NCBI GenBank assembly: GCA_013416795.1
Contig: RQSC01000028.1
Location: 2,787 to 26,425 of the forward strand
Reading direction: 5' to 3'
DNA length: 23,639 nt
Origin: Prasinococcaceae sp. CCMP 1430
Lineage: Eukaryota; Plantae; Prasinodermophyta
The translations under genes and the position numbers were made by a program. Position 1 is the stretch's first letter; every line of letters starts with the position of its first letter. Positions 18,756 through 23,639 of this stretch are shown in pieces. A model generated the notes under the pieces. It was not told the DNA's origin. It saw nothing but the letters and a program-made list of their open reading frames with translations, and searched no databases.

Positions 18756-19214
18756 GAGGCTGACGCGCAGCTCACCGCGCTGGAGGCCGGCGGCGCCGGC
18801 GGGTTCGTGCGGCGGGTCGCGGACGGGCCGGAGGACGACGCGCGAGGGGGTACGACGAGCGGCGGGGCCAGCGGGGCGGCAGGGTGCGTCTCATTGCTCG
18901 CGCGCTCTCGCGCGCCTCGCCGCGCACGCCCGCGCCCGTGCGCCAACGCGCAGTGCGCTCGCTCCAGTCCGCACCCGCTGACCTCTCTGGCGCGCACCTC
19001 AAGCTTTGCGGCGGGCATTGGCGGCGGGTTCGGCGGAGGCCTGGGCGCAGGTGCGCCTGTGGCTCCCAAGCCAAAGCCTCGCTTCGCCGTGCGGGCGAAG
19101 CCTGCTGCTGCAACGGCTGCTGCGGCAGCCGCGGCGCCCGCGCCGCCGCCAGCCGCGCCCGCAGCGGCGCTCGGCATGCTTGGCGGCTACTCCAGCAGCT
19201 CCGACGACGAGTGA
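18756..19214 (+). CDS. C-terminal fragment of an unknown low-complexity protein; exons <18756..18883 and 19004..19214
   Basis: A phase-2 GTGCGT..CTGAC..TCAAG intron (18884-19003) joins AAG|FAAGIGGGF in frame; ends LGMLGGYSSSSDDE*. Confidence 0.55.
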   Translation, partial: EADAQLTALEAGGAGGFVRRVADGPEDDARGGTTSGGASGAAGCVSLLARSRAPRRARPRPCANAQCARSSPHPLTSLARTSSFAAGIGGGFGGGLGAGAPVAPKPKPRFAVRAKPAAATAAAAAAAPAPPPAAPAAALGMLGGYSSSSDDE

Positions 19215-19400
19215 GCTGGGCCTGCCCCCGAGCAGGCCGTCATGGACACGCGCGACGACCGCGGTATAATATTGAACAGGCTTCACATGCAATGCGCGCG
19301 AGCGCGGCGCGGTGCGACGCACGGCTGTGTGCTCGCCCGACCCCCGGCCACCTAGGCGAATCCCTCGCCTGGCATCAATCGCATTGCACACGCGATGGCG

Positions 19401-20165
19401 TCACAGGTCCTCCTTGGCCTCCGCCGCCTTTTCCGCGAGCTTCTTGGCGAGCTCCTCGCGTGCCTCCGCGCACGTCTTGCCTTCGGGATCCATTGAGTTG
19501 ATCTCCATCTGGAACTGCAGCGGCGAGTTGGCGGGGATCTTCGGCGGCGAGCCGCGCTCCCCGTAGGCCAGGTCGTAGGGGATGTACACCTCCCACTTGT
19601 CGCCGACGCACATGAGCTGCAGCGCCTCGGTCCAGCCCGCGATGACCTGGTTCGGCGAGAACGATATGGTGCCTGCGTCGAACTGCTCGCCCGTGCGCAG
19701 CTGGCCCGCGTATGTGACGCTCGCCTGGTCGGCGGCCGTTGGCGAGCGCGCGCCGTCCGCGGGAACCTCCTTGATCACCTTGAAGTGCAGACCGCTCGGC
19801 AGCACCTGCACGCCGTCCTCCGCGGCCTTCTCGGCGAGCCACTTGATGCCCGTGCGCTTGTAGTACTGTTGACGCCGGTCGGAGCGCCCACGCGCGAGCG
19901 CGAGCGCGGGCGCTTCGTGTCAGACCTGGTGGCGCGGGCGCGCGGGCAAAGCGCGGCGTCCACCCGCTCTCTCGCGCCCACTCACGCGGACACCGCACTC
20001 ACTCCCCCGCAGGCGCCCACGCAGGCCCTCTTCGCCCCCCCGTCGCACGCCCCCCTCGCCACCACCCTTGCAGCGCCTGCGCCGCGCGCGCACCTTGGCC
20101 ATCTTCTCCCCCGGGTCGGCGCTCGCGCCCGCAGCGCCCGCGGCGGCGAGCGCGGCGGCGAGCGC
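19401..20165 (-). CDS. FKBP: Secretory Mip/FkpA-type FKBP peptidyl-prolyl isomerase; exons >20165..20094 and 19865..19401; start in gap
   Basis: Signal-peptide-like ALAAALAAAGAAGASA, then DPGEKMAK|YYKRTGIKWLAEKAAEDGVQVLPSGLHFKV (FKBP N-terminal-type motif), VTYAGQL, QVIAGWTEALQLMCVGDKWEVYIPYDLAYG and IPANSPLQFQME. Phase-0 GTGCGC..AACAG intron at 19866-20093. Confidence 0.9.
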
Positions 20166-20356
20166 NNNNNNNNNNNNNNNNNNNNNNNNNNNNNNNNNNN
20201 NNNNNNNNNNNNNNNNNNNNNNNNNNNNNNNNNNNNNNNNNNNNNNNNNNNNNNNNNNNNNNNNNNNNNNNNNNNNNNNNNNNNNNNNNNNNNNNNNNNN
20301 NNNNNNNNNNNNNNNNNNNNNNNNNNNNNNNNNNNNNNNNNNNNNNNNNNNNNNNN
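20166..20356. other. Assembly gap (N run)
   Basis: N characters; probably hides the starts of two divergent genes. Confidence 1.
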
Positions 20357-22375
20357 GGCCGCGGCCGACGGCGGGGAGCGGCGAGGGCGCGCTGAGGACA
20401 GGGACGATGGCGGGTGAGTGGCGCGCGCGCGGGAACGCGCGCGGGGGAGCTTGCACGCGGGCTCGCGCGCGTCCACTGGCGTGGACGCGGCGGGGACGCG
20501 CAGTGCCTTGTCGCCTTGCGTGCTGCCCTCTGACTCGCGCCCCGGGTGCGCCGCCTCGCGGGCCATCGTGTGCGCGTCATCGCAGTCGGAGCGGCGCTCG
20601 CGGCAGCCGCCGCCACAGCCGCAGCCGCTCGCGCGGCCGCTCGCACAGCCGCGGGCGGGGACGGCGCGCGCTGCGCAGCAGCCGGGACGTGCACCTACTC
20701 TTCGTGCTGCAGCTGCCTCGATGCGCTCCGTTTTGGTGGTGCCTCGTGCACTTCATGCTTCCGGTCGCCATCGTCACGTGGACGTCGGATCCGCTCCTCA
20801 GGAGGAGCAGCGTATCCAGAATGTGGGTGCTCAACGAGGGGCGGAGAGTACCGAGCGCGCCGCCCGAGCTCGCGCCCGGCGCGCCGCTCGAGACCCTCCC
20901 CGACCAGCTGGTGGTGCTCGAGGCGCGCGCCTCGGATGGACGGCGTCGCGTCGCCGACGGCGAGGCAGTCATGGTCAAATGGGACGGTGCCGCCGGCACC
21001 GTGTGCCCCGGTCGTGCCGCGCTCTGCGCGTACGAGCTGCGCGGCGGAGAGAGCACGCTCTCTCCCGACGTCGAGCGCGAGCGCGAGCGCGGAAACCTGC
21101 GCTACTCTGAGTGCGATGAGCTGCAGCTCGGGGTCGGATCGCATGAGGTCCTTGGCGCAGACCTCACGACTAGCGCTCCGCGACGGCATACGTCCATACC
21201 CGAGGCGAACGGATGGGGCGTAGCCTCGCTTTGGTGGCGTTCCCTGCGGAGTCTGCGCGTAGTTGCTCGCAAAAGGGACGCATCTCGCGCGGCCCTTGCG
21301 TTCGCCCCCGGCACAGAGCTTGAGCTGCCGTACGTGCATACCCGCGTCCTGATGACGTCGAGCAGCCCGGACGAGACAGCGATGTGCCCGCTGTGGGTGC
21401 CTACTGCAGCTGACGGAGAGCATCCCGCCGCACATGGCGAGCGAGATGCCAAGGCAAACGAGAGCGCGCAGGAGGCTGACGGCAGTAGCGCGCTTTGCGA
21501 GGCGGGAGACGCCGGAGAGGGGGAGGTCTGGCGTGGTGCCAAGGCCAAAGCCGCGCCGGTGTCTCCTGCAGCGCAGCCAGTACCAAATGGTGGCGGCCCC
21601 CCAGGTGCTGTGGATGGTGTCCGAGCACAGGACCAATATGCACGACTTCACGACGATCCGGAGATGATCGTGAAGTACGTGCACTCTCTCACGGGCGAAA
21701 CGACGCGCGAGCGCTCGCAGACAGACCTGCATTTAGTGGGGAGCAGTGGGATGCAAACGTACACGGTCTGGAATAACACGCGGCCAGGGTTGGACTCTGG
21801 CAGCGATTATGTGTTTCGAATGTACTGTGCGCGCGGAGACCTCAATGATGAGGCGTGGCAGCAGGGGCGACATCTGGAGGAGCCGTCTGAGTGGGCGCTC
21901 ATCGCGCAGAGGTAGGAGGCGCGCTGCGTGGCTGCGCACGTGCGATTCTGCCACCGGCGCTCTCGACGGTGCTGACGCCTGCGCGTCGCTCTGCTTCGCT
22001 CGACACGCCCGTCTGCCCGTACGCGCAGCAACGTGGTCGCCCTTTCAGGCGCCCGTCGCCTGGCCACCCTCGAGGCGCGTGCTGCGCGCAAGGCACGCAG
22101 GACAAGCCTCGATGCGGCCGATCTTGCGCTCGCTGCCGACGCTGAGATAGTGGAGGCGTACGCCCTCGAGGTGCGTCGGCGGCGTGTCTAGCTTGAGTAT
22201 GCTGCTGCGATCCCTGCTGCTGTGCGCGCACATGGGACAGGCCGTGCGCTGACCCGAGCTGACTCGCCACCCATTGCCCTGCATCTACCGGCACGCGCAA
22301 CAGGTCGAGGTGGACGAGCCTGATGCTGCGGATCTCACAGTCGACGATGCGACCGGCGAGGCGAGCCACGAGTGA
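20357..22375 (+). CDS. Hypothetical protein, four visible exons: <20357..20413, 20586..21911, 22029..22170, 22304..22375
   Basis: Three introns (GTGAGT..CGCAG, GTAGGA..CGCAG, GTGCGT..AACAG), each with a CTGAC branch motif, are phase-compatible (2, 2, 0) and give one open frame ending ...DATGEASHE*. The ORF-track stop at 21913-21915 falls inside intron 2. Confidence 0.65.
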
Positions 22376-22460
22376 TCCGACGCGCTGCGGCTAGGTGGCC
22401 CAGCCGAGCGTTCCACAACAATGTACAATTCGATTATTTCCGCCGGCACCGCCCACCGAA

Positions 22461-23639
22461 TCATCGGCGCCTCTCGAGCGTCTCCTCGGCCGCCGTGAGC
22501 GCCTCCTGGAGCGCCGAGGCGCCGCTGGCAGCGCGCGCAGTCGCAATGTCATCTGGGTCGGTTGAGTCCGCAGACGCTGCCGCAACGGCCTGTGCGCCGT
22601 CGAGCGCCGAGCGCGCGGCTCGCAGCCAGTCCTTGGCCACCGCCGCATCCCATCGGTGCTCGCTTTCATCGCCCTGTCGGACGAGCGCAAAGCGCAGCGC
22701 ATTCAGGGCGCCGAGCACCACGTCGAGGTCGTGCGGGAGCGCGGGCAGCCCTCCGCGCGGAGGTAGCAGCGCGTCGCCCACAGCACGGCGCAACGCCGAG
22801 TCGACAGCGACGAAGTCGCCGCCATCCTCATTGGGTGCGCGCAGGACGATCGCCCATTCGGCGCAAGCCTCGTCCTTGAGGCGCTTCAGGGCCAGCGCAG
22901 CAGCGGGGGACGGGAGCGCGCGCGCGTTGTCCGCGTCGCGCACGCACAGCGCCTCGAGCGCCGCCGCACGCGTGTCGCCTCGTGGGCACAGGGAGATGAG
23001 ACGCTGCCAGCACGCGTGCAGCGCGGACCGTCGTTCCCGCCGCAGGGCGCCGCATACCATCGCTGCTCCGATGGTGCGCACCGCCTTTCGCCAGGCGCCG
23101 CTGTCGTGTAATGCAATGCCCTCACGCGCCACGCATGCGCTTCGCGAAAGGACAGAGAAGACCGCGCCCGCCAGCGCGATCGCCTTGTCCGCAGACTCGT
23201 CGCTCGGGACACTTGCGAACGCTGCCGTTGCCTCCAGGGCGAGCGCCATCGACGGCATCGCTTCCATCTCCGCGTAGCTACCGGCGTCATCAGCGGTGCC
23301 CTCCGCGTCCGCCCCGTCGGCGCTGTGCGCGAGCACGAGAGCGGACTCGACGAGGCCGACATCGAGCTCCGCTGCCCCCGTGCACAGCACCTCGCCATCT
23401 TCGGCGAGCACCGCGATGAGCCGTTTGCGCAGAGGCGCGAGGTCGAGCAGTGAGCGCGCTCCGGCTGCGCGCAGGGCCGCCTGAGCGCAGGCGAACCACG
23501 GCGCCCCGACGGTGGCGGCATCGCCCGGCGAGGTGCCCACGACGCCCAGTGCCGCGACGGCGAGCAGCGCGGCGTGCGCGTCGCTCAGATGCTCGCCGTA
23601 CGACTCGCGCGCGAGCGCACGGCGCGCGAGCTGCGCGCG
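22461..23639 (-). CDS. ALF4: ALF4 / glomulin-like helical-repeat protein, C-terminal part (runs off the window)
   Basis: LLPPRGGLPALPHDLDVVLGALNALRFALV matches the plant ALF4 C-terminal block (LRPPKGGPPxLPExSDAVLSALNLYRFxL). The frame is open from 23639 to the TGA at 22461. Confidence 0.7.
   Translation of the reverse strand, partial: RAQLARRALARESYGEHLSDAHAALLAVAALGVVGTSPGDAATVGAPWFACAQAALRAAGARSLLDLAPLRKRLIAVLAEDGEVLCTGAAELDVGLVESALVLAHSADGADAEGTADDAGSYAEMEAMPSMALALEATAAFASVPSDESADKAIALAGAVFSVLSRSACVAREGIALHDSGAWRKAVRTIGAAMVCGALRRERRSALHACWQRLISLCPRGDTRAAALEALCVRDADNARALPSPAAALALKRLKDEACAEWAIVLRAPNEDGGDFVAVDSALRRAVGDALLPPRGGLPALPHDLDVVLGALNALRFALVRQGDESEHRWDAAVAKDWLRAARSALDGAQAVAAASADSTDPDDIATARAASGASALQEALTAAEETLERRR

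Noticed and set aside
12285-20165. ER protein-folding gene cluster (J protein, ERO1, FKBP)
   Set aside because: The J-protein adjacency is a contig join, and unrelated genes and gaps lie between ERO1 and FKBP; co-location is probably coincidental.
3788-20456. ORFs containing long X runs
   Set aside because: Open only because N-gaps contain no stop codons.
21913-21915. TAG as the stop of the 20.4-21.9 kb gene
   Set aside because: It lies within a GTAGGA donor; two further phase-compatible exons extend the gene to 22375.

Overview
Very GC-rich, intron-containing eukaryotic nuclear DNA, most likely a green-lineage microalga (ALF4-, TKI1- and DnaJ-like zinc-finger homologues; GC-rich introns with GTGCG donors and CTGAC branch points). 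It comes from a fragmented draft scaffold with five N-gaps and two single-N joins. About 14 genes or gene fragments are recognisable: a bacterial-type HExxH metallopeptidase missed by the ORF track, a PP2A catalytic subunit, a DnaJ-like zinc-finger protein, a sulfotransferase-like protein, an Sfi1-repeat/STK19 chimera, a PHB-depolymerase/LpqC-like hydrolase lacking its catalytic Ser, a TatD-associated radical-SAM-like protein, a TPR-J-domain fragment, ERO1, a TKI1/CRAMP1-like SANT protein, an IQ/C11orf65-like protein, a Mip/FkpA-type FKBP, an ALF4/glomulin homologue and two unknowns. The most striking structure is the PP2A gene: exon 1 lies downstream of exon 2 inside a 2,014-bp segment bounded by identical 26-bp direct repeats, so the gene is intact only if that segment is circularised. 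Mis-assembly is the simplest explanation; an integrated circular intermediate or a collapsed tandem duplication cannot be excluded without reads. No rRNA, tRNA, CRISPR array or intact mobile element was seen. All family assignments are recognition from memory, not database hits.
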